A stretch of DNA of 64,000 nt from Escherichia coli (GCF_001677475.2 NZ_CP015229.1), one strand, 5' to 3'. Positions 11,968-24,792 are shown, counted from the first letter of the stretch. The notes: generated by a model from the sequence alone, not told the origin. Program-made: numbers and translations.

Positions 11968-13020
11968 TTAAGCCTGCGGCTGAGTTACAACGTCTTTGAT
12001 GCCTTTAACTTCGATCTCTACGCGACGATCCGGAGCCAGGCAGTCGATCAGTGCAGCACGCTGTTTCACGTTGTCACAGGTGTTGCCAGTAACCGGGTTG
12101 GATTCGCCCATACCACGTGCGGAGATCTTGTCTGCCGGGATACCTTTGGAGATCAGGTAATCAACAACAGACTGAGCACGGCGCTCGGACAGACCCTGGT
12201 TGTAAGCGTCAGAACCGATGCGGTCAGTGTAACCCAGAACAACTACGGAACCGTCTTTCGGATCCAGGTTGCTCAGCTGGCTGTACAGCTGATCCAGAGC
12301 AGCCTGACCTTCCGGTTTCAGGGTTGCTTTGTTGAAGGTGAACAGAACGTCAGACTTCAGAGTGAAGTGCTTGGTCTGTACTTCCGGTGCCGGAGCTGGA
12401 GCCGGAGCAACTACTGGAGCTGCTTCGCCCTGACCGAAACGGTAGGAAACACCCAGGCTCAGCATGCCGTTGTCCGGACGAGTACCGATGGTGTGTGCGT
12501 CACCGATGTTGTTGGTCCACTGGTATTCCAGACGGGTAGCGATTTCAGGAGTGATCGCGTACTCAACACCGCCAGCGAAAACCGGAGAAACGCCGGTGTC
12601 GTGGTCTTTAAAAGATGCGCCACCAGGTACGTTAGCCTTGGTGTCTGCACGCCATACCATACCACCCAGACGAGTGTAGATGTCCAGATCGTCAGTGATT
12701 GGGTAACCCAGTTTAGCGGTCAGCTGAACGCCCTGAGCTTTGTATGCGCCGTTGATGTTGTCGCCTTTGTACGGCATACGACCTAACCAGTCGTAACCCA
12801 TTTCAAAGCCAACATACGGGTTAACCTGGTAACCACCAAAAGCACCTGCACCCAGTTGGTTTTCGTGGGTCGGACCATTGTTAGGAATAAAACCAGTGTC
12901 ATGGTACTGGGACCAGCCCAGTTTAGCACCAGTGTACCAGGTGTTATCTTTCGGAGCGGCCTGCGCTACGGTAGCGAAACCAGCCAGTGCCACTGCAATC
13001 GCGATAGCTGTCTTTTTCAT
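11968..13020 (-). CDS. ompA: Outer membrane protein A
   Basis: ORF 11968-13092; start at [21 protein letters not shown] signal peptide; 350 aa, slightly longer than the 346 aa I recall for K-12. Confidence 0.93.
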   Translation of the reverse strand: MKKTAIAIAVALAGFATVAQAAPKDNTWYTGAKLGWSQYHDTGFIPNNGPTHENQLGAGAFGGYQVNPYVGFEMGYDWLGRMPYKGDNINGAYKAQGVQLTAKLGYPITDDLDIYTRLGGMVWRADTKANVPGGASFKDHDTGVSPVFAGGVEYAITPEIATRLEYQWTNNIGDAHTIGTRPDNGMLSLGVSYRFGQGEAAPVVAPAPAPAPEVQTKHFTLKSDVLFTFNKATLKPEGQAALDQLYSQLSNLDPKDGSVVVLGYTDRIGSDAYNQGLSERRAQSVVDYLISKGIPADKISARGMGESNPVTGNTCDNVKQRAALIDCLAPDRRVEIEVKGIKDVVTQPQA

Positions 13021-13376
13021 TTTTTGCGCCTCGTTATCATCCAAAATACGCCATGAATATCTCCAACGAGATAACACGGTTAAATCCTTCACCGGGGGAT
13101 CTGCTCAATATTAACTCTACCGATATCTTCGGCTTATGCCGAGCACCCCTGGCGATGTAAAGTCTACAACGTAGTTGAAAACTTACAAGTGTGAACTCCG
13201 TCAGGCATATGAAAAAAAAGTCTTGTATAAGGTACGTTTAATCTTTTTTGTCAGCGACAATTTACAGAAGAAAATCGCGGAAACCGCTTCAGACAAGCCT
13301 CTGCAAGGAAAATTAGTCACGACTGAAAGCATTGGCTGGGCGACAAAAAAAGTTCCAGGATTAATCCTAAATTTAC

Positions 13377-13886
13377 TTAATGATACAAATTAGAGTGAAT
13401 TTTTAGCCCGGAAAGTTGTCTCGTTGCGTGAGAGGATGCGCTTACCGGACGCATAATAAACCCCATAGCGTTACCTTCATTTGCCGCATCAACAAGTTCA
13501 GCATGCTCTTCTTCAGTCAAATCATCTGCCAACCAACCGATCACCACACTGTAATTGCCCGTGCGTAAAGCGCGAACCATTGACTCCACGGTGTGGCAAG
13601 GGGAGAGCTGGTTAATCTGCATTACTTTCGTTAAGGGTAGCCCAGATGCCTGAACCCATTCCCGACTCAGTTTTTGTTGCGGTGTTAACCAGAGTTGCCA
13701 GCGCGATTGCTGACCGAGTTGCTGTAACAATGGCAACAGTAGAAGTTGCGTCATCATGGGCTGATCTTCGCGATAGACAACTTCACTGATAAGCCCGGCT
13801 GTAGTGTTTTCCGTAGAGACACGCGCAATTTTACTTGCTGCGGATGAGAACGACGAAGAACGATGTGCATAGCCTGAAGTGTACAT
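13377..13886 (-). CDS. sulA: SOS cell-division inhibitor SulA
   Basis: 169 aa from [15 protein letters not shown]... Confidence 0.93.
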   Translation of the reverse strand: MYTSGYAHRSSSFSSAASKIARVSTENTTAGLISEVVYREDQPMMTQLLLLPLLQQLGQQSRWQLWLTPQQKLSREWVQASGLPLTKVMQINQLSPCHTVESMVRALRTGNYSVVIGWLADDLTEEEHAELVDAANEGNAMGFIMRPVSASSHATRQLSGLKIHSNLYH

Positions 13887-13908
13887 AATCAATCCAGCCC
13901 CTGTGAGT

Positions 13909-13928
13909 TACTGTATGGATGTACAGTA
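13909..13928. promoter_or_regulatory. LexA (SOS) box of sulA
   Basis: TACTGTATGGATGTACAGTA, CTGT-N8-ACAG consensus, directly upstream of sulA. Confidence 0.85.
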
Positions 13929-14104
13929 CATCCAGTGACGACAAAGATCAACCCTATTTTCGGAAAGAGCCTCGCAAATTTTGTCGTTGGTGACGGGAAA
14001 ACATAAATTAATCTTGCCCCTTAAGAATAAGTTGCCTATTTTCGTAGTTAACGGATCCGTTAATGTGAATCATTCTTTTACGTTATGATTTTAAAAGGAA
14101 TTTT

Positions 14105-14734
14105 ATGAAAAGCCTCTCCTATAAGCGGATCTATAAATCACAAGAATACCTGGCAACGTTGGGCACAATTGAATACCGATCATTGTTTGGTAGTTACAGC
14201 CTGACCGTTGACGACACGGTGTTTGCGATGGTTTCTGATGGTGAGTTGTATCTTCGGGCTTGTGAGCAAAGTGCACAGTACTGTGTAAAACATCCGCCTG
14301 TCTGGCTGACATATAAAAAGTGTGGCCGATCCGTTACCCTCAATTACTATCGGGTTGATGAAAGTCTATGGCGAAATCAACTGAAGCTGGTGCGTCTGTC
14401 GAAATATTCTCTCGATGCTGCGCTGAAAGAGAAAAGCACGCGCAATACCCGGGAAAGACTGAAAGATTTGCCCAATATGTCTTTTCATCTGGAAGCGATT
14501 CTCGGGGAGGTGGGGATTAAGGATGTACGGGCGTTACGTATACTTGGGGCAAAAATGTGTTGGTTGCGACTGCGGCAGCAAAACAGTCTGGTGACAGAAA
14601 AGATTCTGTTTATGCTTGAAGGGGCCATTATCGGCATTCATGAAGCTGCGCTCCCGGTGGCACGCCGCCAGGAGCTTGCAGAATGGGCTGACTCTCTTAC
14701 GCCGAAACAGGAGTTTCCTGCGGAACTTGAGTAA
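14105..14734 (+). CDS. sxy: Competence regulator Sxy/TfoX
   Basis: 209 aa MKSLSYKRIYKSQEYLATLG... Confidence 0.9.
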   Translation: MKSLSYKRIYKSQEYLATLGTIEYRSLFGSYSLTVDDTVFAMVSDGELYLRACEQSAQYCVKHPPVWLTYKKCGRSVTLNYYRVDESLWRNQLKLVRLSKYSLDAALKEKSTRNTRERLKDLPNMSFHLEAILGEVGIKDVRALRILGAKMCWLRLRQQNSLVTEKILFMLEGAIIGIHEAALPVARRQELAEWADSLTPKQEFPAELE

Positions 14735-16859
14735 TCTGGCGTTGCAGACGACCAATCTCTGGCAGTAATGCAATCAATAACCCAACTTGTTGTACGACCA
14801 GAGGTTCTTTGCTGTCTGCCCGTGGTTCAAGTTGCTGCATCCGCTGTTTCAGGCCAGCTAATGCCTGATTGACGCGTTCTTCATCAGCAGGTTGATGATG
14901 TAACGCGTCATCAACATAGCAAACTGCGTCATCAAGAAACGCCAGAATTTCAGGATTAGTTAACTGCTCCCGGTGAGCACCGAGGGCTGAGATATAGCTG
15001 GTAAACGTATGGTTAAGGCACAGCAACCGAAACGCGGCCTCACTAATTTGCGGGGTAACGTTCGGCTCGCTGGACATATTTGATACCACCGACGCCAGTT
15101 CAGCATCACGGTTGTGTGCATCGCGGCGGGCAATACGATACGCCAGACGGTTATCACGCCCCTGATGGTATTGCTCCAGTATGGCATCGAGATAGCGACA
15201 GTTGGCCTCGGTGGCGCGTTCGAGCATGCGCGGCAGATTGCGAAACTTCCAGTCAGGCCAGATGTAGCTCACCGCCGCCCACGCAATGGCACAACCAATC
15301 AGCGTATCGATTACGCGAGGTAACGCCACTTCAAAACCTTCACCCAGCAAGTTAAAACAAAGTAGCACCAAAAGTGTGATGAACATCGTTGCATGGGCAT
15401 ATTGCACGTTACGGAAGGCAAAAAAGAGCACGCCGGTAATAACCAGTAGCACCAGCTGCCCTTCCAGTGACGGCACAAACCACAGCACAGGAATGCCAAT
15501 GGCGATACCTACCAGCGTCCCAATAATCCTTAACTTCAGGCGGTGGCGAGTGGCGTTATAGTTTGGCTGGCAGACAAACAAACTTGTCAGCAAGATCCAA
15601 TACCCGTGATGCATTCCGGTTATCTGAATGATGGCGTAGCCGAAGCACAACACCAGCGACATTCTTACCGCATGACGGAAGAGGGCGGATTCCGGCGTGA
15701 AGTGACGGCTAAGACGCAGCCAGATATCACTCAATCCGTGCGGGCTGTCATCAGCGAGCTCATTTTCGTCATTATTATGGGGCAGTGCCTGGGCCTGTTC
15801 TGATTCAATTGTTGCCAGTTGGGCATCAATAGCGCGTAAATTGTTCAGCAAAAATCCCAGTGTTTTGAGTAAATCGGCAGGCGCGCCGTTATCGCGCATC
15901 CGCTCCAGCGCAGCATCAATATGCGTAAAAGCGCGCTCAAAATGCGGATCATGTTGATAAGGCTGGCGCAGCAAAATACAGCGTGACAGTTGCTGGCACG
16001 CCTGGCCCTGCATCGACATCAGCCGCTGAAAACGGAACAGCACGTCGCTGTGGCGAAAATGTTCACGCAATGTTTGATACTGAATATGAGAAGAGCTGGC
16101 ACGCTCGTGAATATCCTGCGCGACGAAGTAATAATGCAGCGTGCGACGCGTTCCCCGTTGACCACGATCGCCACGTAAGCGGGTCAGCAGCGAGAGTTTC
16201 GTCTGATTCAATGTCGCCATCAGCTGACCGTTGGCGAGAGCCAAATCGTACAGCGGTGCCTGGCTTTCATCTTCAATATCAGGATCAAACATGCGCGACT
16301 TGAGCTCAAGATAACGCGCCAGTTGTTCATAGCAACGCGCCAGGTTGTCCTGCAGCGGGCGGACCGGGAACAGCAGATGACCAATAAGTGTCAGGACGTT
16401 GTACCAGACGGCACCGGCCAGCAGATACATCGGCTGCTGATACCAGTGCTCATACAGTGATGTTCCCAACATAGTGTAAATGGCGATCAGCAATGCACCG
16501 AAGGCAATTGTTGCATAGCGTTGACCCAGACCGCCGAGCAAAATGAAGCCGCTGGTAGAGAGCGTTAAGCCAATCGCAAATAGCCAGGGCCAGGGAAACA
16601 GCAATTCTACTGAGGCCGAGGCGATAAAAAAGCAGAACAGCGTAATGATGAGGTTACGCAAACGTCCCGCCAGTCGGTCATCGAGATCGGTCAGCGCCGC
16701 TGCCACCATCCCCAGCGTTAGCGGAATCGTCAGTTTTACATCACCCAGCCACCACGGAAACGCTGTGGTTCCACAAAGCGCAATAAAAATACGCGCGTAA
16801 TACAGCCAGGCGCTGTTCCAGGTATAGCGTTTGAGCAAAGGACTTAGCATAAAGGCCAT
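14697..16859 (-). CDS. yccS: Inner membrane protein YccS (FUSC-like)
   Basis: 720 aa polytopic membrane protein, K-12 synteny. Confidence 0.85.
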   Translation of the reverse strand: MAFMLSPLLKRYTWNSAWLYYARIFIALCGTTAFPWWLGDVKLTIPLTLGMVAAALTDLDDRLAGRLRNLIITLFCFFIASASVELLFPWPWLFAIGLTLSTSGFILLGGLGQRYATIAFGALLIAIYTMLGTSLYEHWYQQPMYLLAGAVWYNVLTLIGHLLFPVRPLQDNLARCYEQLARYLELKSRMFDPDIEDESQAPLYDLALANGQLMATLNQTKLSLLTRLRGDRGQRGTRRTLHYYFVAQDIHERASSSHIQYQTLREHFRHSDVLFRFQRLMSMQGQACQQLSRCILLRQPYQHDPHFERAFTHIDAALERMRDNGAPADLLKTLGFLLNNLRAIDAQLATIESEQAQALPHNNDENELADDSPHGLSDIWLRLSRHFTPESALFRHAVRMSLVLCFGYAIIQITGMHHGYWILLTSLFVCQPNYNATRHRLKLRIIGTLVGIAIGIPVLWFVPSLEGQLVLLVITGVLFFAFRNVQYAHATMFITLLVLLCFNLLGEGFEVALPRVIDTLIGCAIAWAAVSYIWPDWKFRNLPRMLERATEANCRYLDAILEQYHQGRDNRLAYRIARRDAHNRDAELASVVSNMSSEPNVTPQISEAAFRLLCLNHTFTSYISALGAHREQLTNPEILAFLDDAVCYVDDALHHQPADEERVNQALAGLKQRMQQLEPRADSKEPLVVQQVGLLIALLPEIGRLQRQITQVPQETPVSA

Positions 16860-16868
16860 ATTAGTGGA

Positions 16869-17315
16869 TTATTGGAAACGACGACGTGCATTGGCTTCAC
16901 GCGCAGCTTGCGCTGTTTCTACCGATACCACGCGACGACCAACCGGCCATAGTGCAATAGCGGCAATTTTAAAGTTCGCAATGCCGACAGGAATGCCAAT
17001 GATTGAAATACATTGTGCGATGCCCGTTGCAATGTGCATCAGGCATAACCACCAGCCAAAGAAAATCAGCCAGAAAATATTCAATACCGTACCGCCAGTA
17101 TTTAGCAGCACATTTTTGCCAGCCGGGTTCAGTTCATCGACATGAATAGCTTCATTGCCATAAGGCACCAGAGACAGTTTAGTGATCTCCCAGCAGGATC
17201 GTGTCAGCGGTAAGGTAAAAATCAGCACAATACTGACCAGAGTCGCCAACAGCCAGCCCAGAGTGGTGGCAAATCCGCCAAGCACAAAGTTCAGAATGTT
17301 CAAAACGGTACGCAT
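16869..17315 (-). CDS. yccF: Inner membrane protein YccF
   Basis: 148 aa hydrophobic, K-12 synteny. Confidence 0.85.
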   Translation of the reverse strand: MRTVLNILNFVLGGFATTLGWLLATLVSIVLIFTLPLTRSCWEITKLSLVPYGNEAIHVDELNPAGKNVLLNTGGTVLNIFWLIFFGWWLCLMHIATGIAQCISIIGIPVGIANFKIAAIALWPVGRRVVSVETAQAAREANARRRFQ

Positions 17316-17437
17316 AAAACCTCGCTTTACTGTGGTTTTCAGTAATGGGCGGCAATTGTAACGTTTTTTTGGGCTGGAGCACGTTTTCTCTGACGGTTAC
17401 ACTGATAAGAAATCATTTCGTGTGGATCTACAGAGTC

Positions 17438-19492
17438 ATGGAACTGAAAGCGACAACGCTTGGAAAACGTCTGGCACAGCACCCTTACGATCGGGCGGTG
17501 ATCCTCAATGCCGGGATTAAAGTCTCCGGCGATCGCCACGAATACCTTATTCCTTTCAATCAATTACTGGCGATTCACTGTAAGCGCGGTCTGGTATGGG
17601 GCGAGCTGGAATTTGTACTGCCGGGCGAAAAAGTGGTGCGTCTGCACGGTACCGAATGGGGCGAGACGCAGCGTTTTTACCATCATCTTGATGCTCACTG
17701 GCGGCGGTGGAGTAGCGAGATGAGCGAAATTGCATCTGGTGTTTTACAGCAGCAACTGGATTTAATTGCCACGCGCACCGGAGAAAATAAATGGCTGACG
17801 CGTGAGCAAACCTCTGGCGTGCAGCAACAAATCCGCCAGGCTTTGTCGGCGTTGCCGTTGCCGGTTAACCGACTGGAAGAATTCGATAACTGCCGTGAGG
17901 CGTGGCGTAAATGTCAGGCCTGGTTGAAAGATATTGAAAGCGCTCGGTTGCAGCATAATCAGGCGTATACCGAAGCCATGCTTACCGAGTATGCGGATTT
18001 TTTCCGCCAGGTCGAGTCTTCACCGCTGAATCCGGCGCAGGCCCGGGCAGTCGTTAATGGCGAGCATTCTTTGTTAGTGCTGGCTGGTGCAGGAAGCGGA
18101 AAAACGTCGGTGCTGGTGGCCCGTGCAGGCTGGTTGCTGGCGCGTGGTGAAGCGTCCCCTGAGCAAATTTTATTGCTGGCGTTTGGTCGCAAAGCCGCTG
18201 AAGAGATGGACGAGCGTATTCGCGAACGGCTACATACCGAAGACATTACCGCACGCACGTTTCATGCGCTGGCGCTGCATATTATTCAGCAGGGCAGCAA
18301 AAAAGTTCCGATAGTCAGCAAACTGGAAAATGATACCGCTGCCCGTCATGAACTCTTTATTGCTGAGTGGCGCAAGCAATGCAGCGAAAAGAAAGCGCAG
18401 GCGAAGGGCTGGCGGCAATGGCTGACGGAAGAAATGCAGTGGTCAGTGCCAGAAGGTAACTTCTGGGATGATGAAAAATTACAGCGTCGTCTTGCCTCAC
18501 GCCTCGATCGTTGGGTAAGTCTGATGCGGATGCACGGTGGTGCACAGGCAGAAATGATTGCCAGTGCACCCGAAGAGATTCGCGATCTGTTCAGTAAACG
18601 TATCAAGTTGATGGCTCCGTTATTAAAAGCCTGGAAAGGTGCGCTGAAGGCAGAAAACGCTGTCGATTTTTCGGGCCTTATTCACCAGGCGATTGTGATT
18701 CTGGAGAAAGGTCGCTTTATCAGCCCGTGGAAGCATATTCTGGTTGATGAATTTCAGGATATCTCGCCGCAGCGCGCAGCGTTGTTAGCGGCATTACGCA
18801 AGCAAAATAGTCAAACGACGTTGTTCGCTGTTGGTGATGACTGGCAGGCGATTTACCGTTTCAGCGGTGCGCAAATGTCGCTCACCACCGCTTTCCATGA
18901 AAACTTTGGTGAAGGCGATCGCTGTGATTTAGACACGACTTACCGTTTTAACAGTCGTATCGGTGAGGTGGCAAACCGTTTTATTCAGCAGAACCCAGGC
19001 CAGCTGAAAAAGCCGCTAAACAGCTTAACCAATGGAGACAAAAAAGCCGTCACGTTATTGGATGAGAGTCAACTTGACGCTTTGCTGGATAAGCTCTCTG
19101 GTTATGCCAAACCGGAAGAGCGCATTCTGATCCTGGCGCGTTATCATCACATGAGGCCTGCCAGCCTGGAAAAAGCGGCAACACGCTGGCCGAAGTTGCA
19201 AATCGACTTTATGACCATTCATGCCAGCAAAGGGCAACAGGCGGATTACGTCATCATCGTTGGCTTGCAGGAGGGGAGTGATGGTTTTCCGGCTGCGGCG
19301 CGGGAGTCGATTATGGAAGAGGCGCTACTACCCCCGGTTGAGGATTTCCCGGACGCTGAAGAACGGCGGTTAATGTACGTGGCGCTGACCCGGGCACGCC
19401 ATCGGGTATGGGCATTATTTAACAAAGAGAATCCCTCTCCCTTTGTCGAAATACTGAAAAATCTGGATGTGCCGGTGGCGAGAAAACCGTAG
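17438..19492 (+). CDS. helD: DNA helicase IV (HelD)
   Basis: ORF 17345-19492; start at MELKATTLGKRLAQ; UvrD-like Walker A AGAGSGKTS; 684 aa. Confidence 0.92.
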   Translation: MELKATTLGKRLAQHPYDRAVILNAGIKVSGDRHEYLIPFNQLLAIHCKRGLVWGELEFVLPGEKVVRLHGTEWGETQRFYHHLDAHWRRWSSEMSEIASGVLQQQLDLIATRTGENKWLTREQTSGVQQQIRQALSALPLPVNRLEEFDNCREAWRKCQAWLKDIESARLQHNQAYTEAMLTEYADFFRQVESSPLNPAQARAVVNGEHSLLVLAGAGSGKTSVLVARAGWLLARGEASPEQILLLAFGRKAAEEMDERIRERLHTEDITARTFHALALHIIQQGSKKVPIVSKLENDTAARHELFIAEWRKQCSEKKAQAKGWRQWLTEEMQWSVPEGNFWDDEKLQRRLASRLDRWVSLMRMHGGAQAEMIASAPEEIRDLFSKRIKLMAPLLKAWKGALKAENAVDFSGLIHQAIVILEKGRFISPWKHILVDEFQDISPQRAALLAALRKQNSQTTLFAVGDDWQAIYRFSGAQMSLTTAFHENFGEGDRCDLDTTYRFNSRIGEVANRFIQQNPGQLKKPLNSLTNGDKKAVTLLDESQLDALLDKLSGYAKPEERILILARYHHMRPASLEKAATRWPKLQIDFMTIHASKGQQADYVIIVGLQEGSDGFPAAARESIMEEALLPPVEDFPDAEERRLMYVALTRARHRVWALFNKENPSPFVEILKNLDVPVARKP

Positions 19493-19523
19493 GAAACAGG
19501 TGGCGTTTGCCACCTGTGCAATA

Positions 19524-19982
19524 TTACTTCAGACGGTCCGCGAGATAACGTTGATAATCGGGGATCAGAATATCGACCGCGTCGTTGAAATGCGGTGACT
19601 GGATAATGAAGTCTGCCGTTGCCACGTTGGTGGCGACCGGAATGTTCCATACCGTCGCCAGACGCAGCAAGGCTTTCACGTCAGGATCGTGCGGCACGGC
19701 ATTTAGTGGATCCCAGAAGAAAATCAATACATCAATTTTCCCTTCTGAGATCAATGCGCCAACCTGCTGGTCACCCCCCATTGGGCCACTCAACATCGCG
19801 TTGACGTTCATGCCGGTCGCGCGGGAAATTAAGTTACCGGTAGTGCCTGTTGCATACAGTACGTGTTGTTCCAGTAACGGTTGATGCCGTTCCACCCAGC
19901 TCATCAGCATTTGTTTGCAGTGATCGTGTGCCACCAGCGCAATATGTTTCCGCGCAGGTAAAGTGCGTGTCGTCAGTTCCAT
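19524..19982 (-). CDS. mgsA: Methylglyoxal synthase
   Basis: 152 aa from [23 protein letters not shown]. Confidence 0.93.
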
Positions 19983-20077
19983 AATGTACATCCGTAGTTA
20001 ACTTTCCTACAGATTACTGTAAGCACTTATCGCTGCAAGATAAAGACCGAAAAAGCCTGCGCACAGGCACAAAAATC

Positions 20078-20740
20078 TCAGGAAGATGGTTGTTTTTCCG
20101 CCCATTGCAGAAAAGTATTTCGCGTTTGTGGGTCAGCCAGTTTAAACCAATACTTCAGCCGTTGTTCTGTGAGCACCTGAGACTGCGGTGGAATAGCATC
20201 CAGCTCGGAAACACCCGAAAGCAGCGTACTGTCATCTGCCATCATCGTGGCAAATTGCGGTAGTGAAGCGCGTTTCGCGGATTTGTTATAGCGTTCAACC
20301 TCGACCTCATAATCAATCGTTTTTGCCGTTGAGGTAATGGCGAGAATATCCAGCTTTACCGGAATCGGCGTCGCATCGCCATCCAACAATTCAAGGCGCG
20401 GCGCGGCATCAAAATGGTTAGCTTCCCGCTCATTCTCCAGGCGAGGCAGGCGAAAATTGACCTGGTTGATGAGCTGGGTATTAAAACTGACCACCAGCGG
20501 TGGGGAGATATACAGCCGTTCTTCACTATTGGAAAGATGAATCGTCTTCTCAACGCGAAACACTAACTGATGCGGTCCGTTATCCAGTTCAATGCTGTCC
20601 GCACCGCGCAGCAGAGAGCTGGAAACCTTCTTGCCGTCGAGTACCAGAAGATCGACATCGGTTGAAAGCCGCAGCGTGGTGGCAAAAACGGATACCGGCA
20701 AACATAATGCAATCAAGGTGGTCACGATGCCGGTTTTCAT
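20078..20740 (-). CDS. yccT: Periplasmic protein YccT
   Basis: 220 aa with signal peptide, K-12 synteny. Confidence 0.85.
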
Positions 20741-20912
20741 AGATAGCTCCTGTCAAAAGACCGCCCGAATAATAATGTGTCAAATTTTTTCTTTAATCAT
20801 ACTTACTAACATATAGACATATTTCCCGCTTTTGCTCTCATTCATTCGTATTAGCTGCATGGTTGGCATGTCGGCTTTGTCGTACACTTTGTTAAACAGT
20901 CTGGAGGAAATA

Positions 20913-21326
20913 ATGAAAGAAACCGATATTGCAGGCATTTTAACGTCCACTCACACCATTGCGCTGGTGGGGGCAAGCGACAAACCCGATCGTCCCAGCT
21001 ATCGCGTGATGAAATATCTACTCGACCAGGGGTATCACGTCATTCCGGTTTCACCAAAAGTTGCCGGCAAAACGCTGCTGGGCCAGCAGGGGTATGGCAC
21101 GCTGGCAGACGTTCCGGAAAAGGTCGATATGGTCGATGTTTTCCGTAATTCAGAAGCAGCGTGGGGCGTGGCGCAGGAAGCGATCGCCATAGGCGCGAAA
21201 ACCCTCTGGATGCAACTGGGGGTGATTAATGAGCAAGCGGCAGTACTGGCACGGGATGCCGGATTAAATGTGGTGATGGATCGCTGCCCGGCTATTGAGA
21301 TCCCTCGCCTGGGCCTGGCCAAATAA
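20913..21326 (+). CDS. yccU: CoA-binding protein YccU
   Basis: ORF 20832-21326; start at [11 protein letters not shown] (137 aa). Confidence 0.85.
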   Translation: MKETDIAGILTSTHTIALVGASDKPDRPSYRVMKYLLDQGYHVIPVSPKVAGKTLLGQQGYGTLADVPEKVDMVDVFRNSEAAWGVAQEAIAIGAKTLWMQLGVINEQAAVLARDAGLNVVMDRCPAIEIPRLGLAK

Positions 21327-21365
21327 AAAATCCCCGGAAGGCTAAAACCTTCCGGGGATTTGTTC
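21325..21365. terminator. Bidirectional terminator between yccU and hspQ
   Basis: aaaaaatccccggaaggctaaaaccttccggggattt. Confidence 0.75.
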
Positions 21366-21370
21366 AGGGA

Positions 21371-21745
<375 letters not shown>

Positions 21746-22936
21746 TTACATGACGCGACAGGCAAACCCTTTCAGATATAGCCCTTCCGGATAGGTAGCG
21801 ATCACCGGATGATCGGCTGCCTGACGGAACTGCTCTATAAATTGTACATCACGACCGGCATCAATTGCGGCATCCGCGATGATTTTCTGAAATAAATCGC
21901 TGGTCATCAGACCGGAACAGGAGAAAGTCAGGAGAATACCGCCTTCATTCAGCAGCTGAATCGCCAGCATGTTGATATCTTTATAACCACGACACGCGCC
22001 CATCAACTGGCTTTTATTCTCAACAAACTTCGGCGGGTCCATCACGATAACGTCAAATTTTTCACCGCGATCGCGATAGGTACGCAGCAATTTAAAGACA
22101 TCATCACGGACAAACTCAGCCTTGCTCAGATCCAGTTTGTTCAGCTCAACGTTCTGCCGTGCAATATCCAGGGCTTCCTGGGAGGTATCAACGCTGACAA
22201 CCTGGCTGCAACCGCCCATCAGTGCCGATACGGCGAAACCACCGGTATAGGAGAAACAGTTCAGTACGCGTTTATTTTCAACGTAGCGGCGGGTAGCCAG
22301 GCGGCTATCACGCTGATCCAGGTAGTAGCCCGTTTTGTGTCCGTGCTGAATATCCACCAGCAGCTTCATGCCGTGTTCTTCAATCGGCAGCAGGGCAGGC
22401 GGCAACTCGCCGGTGACGGGGCCCTGGGTCAGCTCCATCCCTTCTTTTTTACGTACCGCAACATCGCTGCGATCGTAAATCGCACATTCCGGGTACAGCG
22501 TTTGCAGGGCGCTAATTAATGCCGCGCGCTGATATTCTGCGCCAGCACTCAGTAGTTGCAGTACCAGAAAATTACCGAAACGATCGATAGTAATACCCGG
22601 CAGGCCATCAGATTCTCCGGCGATTAAACGATAGCTGTCGAGGCCATCTTTTTGTGCCAGCCAGTCACGCCATTTTTGCGCTTGTTGCAAACGGCGGGTA
22701 AAAAAAGCAATGTCGATAGACTCAGACGGGTCAAACGTCCAGACGCGCGCCCGGATTTGCGAAGCTGGCGAATAAGCGCCGCGTGCTAACCATTTTCCCT
22801 GATGATCAACAATATCGATGGTTTCACCGAGGCTGGCTTTACCTTCCATGCGGGCAACGGCCCCGGAAAAGACCCACGGATGGCGACGAAGTAATGATTT
22901 TTCGCGCCCTTTGGCTAACACTAAACGTACACTCAT
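21746..22936 (-). CDS. rlmI: 23S rRNA m5C1962 methyltransferase RlmI
   Basis: 396 aa, PUA plus SAM-MTase. Confidence 0.92.
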   Translation of the reverse strand: MSVRLVLAKGREKSLLRRHPWVFSGAVARMEGKASLGETIDIVDHQGKWLARGAYSPASQIRARVWTFDPSESIDIAFFTRRLQQAQKWRDWLAQKDGLDSYRLIAGESDGLPGITIDRFGNFLVLQLLSAGAEYQRAALISALQTLYPECAIYDRSDVAVRKKEGMELTQGPVTGELPPALLPIEEHGMKLLVDIQHGHKTGYYLDQRDSRLATRRYVENKRVLNCFSYTGGFAVSALMGGCSQVVSVDTSQEALDIARQNVELNKLDLSKAEFVRDDVFKLLRTYRDRGEKFDVIVMDPPKFVENKSQLMGACRGYKDINMLAIQLLNEGGILLTFSCSGLMTSDLFQKIIADAAIDAGRDVQFIEQFRQAADHPVIATYPEGLYLKGFACRVM

Positions 22937-23030
22937 AATTTACTTTTCTGTCGATGCAAAGAAATGGGCGTCATTGTCCGGAGTTTTCCATGGATTTGCA
23001 ACGCGTCCATTAAGGATAAGGAGAGCAGCA

Positions 23031-23309
23031 ATGTCGAAAGTCTGCATAATTGCCTGGGTTTACGGGCGAGTTCAGGGCGTAGGATTTCGCTACACCACGC
23101 AGTACGAAGCGAAAAAACTGGGCTTAACCGGGTATGCCAAAAATCTTGACGATGGCAGCGTGGAAGTGGTTGCCAGCGGTGAAGAAGGGCAGGTGGAAAA
23201 ATTAATGCAGTGGTTAAAAAGTGGCGGCCCGCGTTCTGCGCGTGTAGAACGGGTGCTTAGCGAGCCGCATCATCCCTCGGGGGAATTAACCGATTTTCGT
23301 ATCCGTTAA
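23031..23309 (+). CDS. yccX: Acylphosphatase
   Basis: 92 aa [21 protein letters not shown] acylphosphatase signature. Confidence 0.9.
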
Positions 23310-23635
23310 ATACATTTTACCGGTTTAGGCAGGCCAGCAATTTTGGTGGCTTGCTTTGCCGGACCTTTCGGAAACAGTCGGTATAAATAGCGGCTGTTAC
23401 CTTTTTCTTCGCCAAATTTATTCGCCATCGCTTTTACCAGCATACGAATCGCCGGAGAAGTATTGAATTCCAGATAGAAATCACGCACAAAACGCACCAC
23501 TTCCCAGTGTTCTGGCGACAGCGAAATCCCTTCGTTCTCTGCAATCACCACTGCCAGCGGCTCACTCCACTGGCTGCTTTCTTTGAGATAGCCTTCGGTA
23601 TCCGTTTCTATCTCTTTACCTTCGAAGATCAGCAT
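23306..23635 (-). CDS. tusE: Sulfurtransferase TusE
   Basis: 109 aa from [17 protein letters not shown], DsrC-like C-terminal Cys. Confidence 0.9.
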
Positions 23636-23725
23636 AATTATTACTACCTTAATCAGACTGGCGGCAGTGTAACAAAAAACAAAGCCCCGCATAAAGCGAG
23701 GCTCGGTAAGTAACCCTGGGCGAGA

Positions 23726-24385
23726 TTAATCGCGGCTGGCGAAGCCCAGAATGCTCAGCAGGCTGACGAAGATGTTGTACAGCGAAACATACAGGCTAAC
23801 CGTGGCACGAATATAGTTCGTTTCACCGCCATGAATGATGTTGCTGGTTTCAAACAAAATAGCGCCAGAGGAGATCAGAATGAAGACCGCGCTGATCGCC
23901 AGATGCAGAGCAGGCAGTTGCAGGAAGATATTCGCAACCATACCAATCAGCACCACCACAATACCCGCCATCAGCATACCGCCGAGGAACGACATATCTT
24001 TGCGGGTGGTCAGCACATATGCAGAGCAGCAGAAGAACACTAACGCCGTTCCGCCCAGTGCCATCGCGATTACGTCACCCATTCCGGCAGACAGATAGGT
24101 ATTCAGAATTGGTCCGAGGATATAACCCAGAAAACCGGTAAAGGCGAATGCGGAGATAATCCCGGTCGGCTTATTCGCCGTTTTATAGGTCAGGAACATC
24201 AAACCATACATACCCACCAGCGTCAGAATCAGACCCGGAGATGGCAGCATCAGCACCGTACTGGCAGTTGCGGTAATCGCCGAAAAGGCCAGCGTCAGGC
24301 TCAGCAGAAAATAGGTATTACGCAGCACCTTATGGGTGCTAAGCAGTGATGTACGGTCATGTGAAGAACTAACAATACGATCCAT
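23726..24385 (-). CDS. yccA: BAX-inhibitor family membrane protein YccA
   Basis: 219 aa, 7-TM, K-12 synteny. Confidence 0.9.
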   Translation of the reverse strand: MDRIVSSSHDRTSLLSTHKVLRNTYFLLSLTLAFSAITATASTVLMLPSPGLILTLVGMYGLMFLTYKTANKPTGIISAFAFTGFLGYILGPILNTYLSAGMGDVIAMALGGTALVFFCCSAYVLTTRKDMSFLGGMLMAGIVVVLIGMVANIFLQLPALHLAISAVFILISSGAILFETSNIIHGGETNYIRATVSLYVSLYNIFVSLLSILGFASRD

Positions 24386-24554
24386 TGAGTCACTCTCTAT
24401 GACAGATGTAATTAATTAAGCAGCATAATGATAATGCGTAAGGGCACCCAGAAGTTTTACCCATCTTTACGCATTTGATCTGGAACAGGTTTAACAGCGG
24501 ATTATCAGGTCATTAAGCAAATATAACGCCCTGAGAATTTCGACAGGCAAAAGA

Positions 24555-24590
24555 AAAAGGGGTTAGCATTTAGCTAACCCCTTATCTTAT
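24555..24590. terminator. Hairpin downstream of the serT 3' end
   Basis: ggggttagcatttagctaacccc stem-loop. Confidence 0.6.
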
Positions 24591-24591
24591 T

Positions 24592-24651
24592 TGGCGGAAG
24601 CGCAGAGATTCGAACTCTGGAACCCTTTCGGGTCGCCGGTTTTCAAGACCG
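24592..24651 (-). tRNA. serT: 3'-terminal ~60 nt of tRNA-Ser (serT), truncated at the anticodon stem; prophage attachment junction
   Basis: Reverse complement reads CGGTCTTGAAAACCGGCGACCCGAAAGGGTTCCAGAGTTCGAATCTCTGCGCTTCCGCCA; the 5' half (D-arm, acceptor) is absent and replaced by phage DNA. Confidence 0.85.
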
Positions 24652-24792
24652 AAGAAAAATAAAGAAAAATCAGTATAATACGCAAAATAGCCGAAAAGTT
24701 AATCAGACTTAACACCAAGAAAAATCAAGATGTTAGGGAGTTATTCAGAGTTAATATACCAGGTCTTTTTGCCAGAAAATTTTCTGGATTGT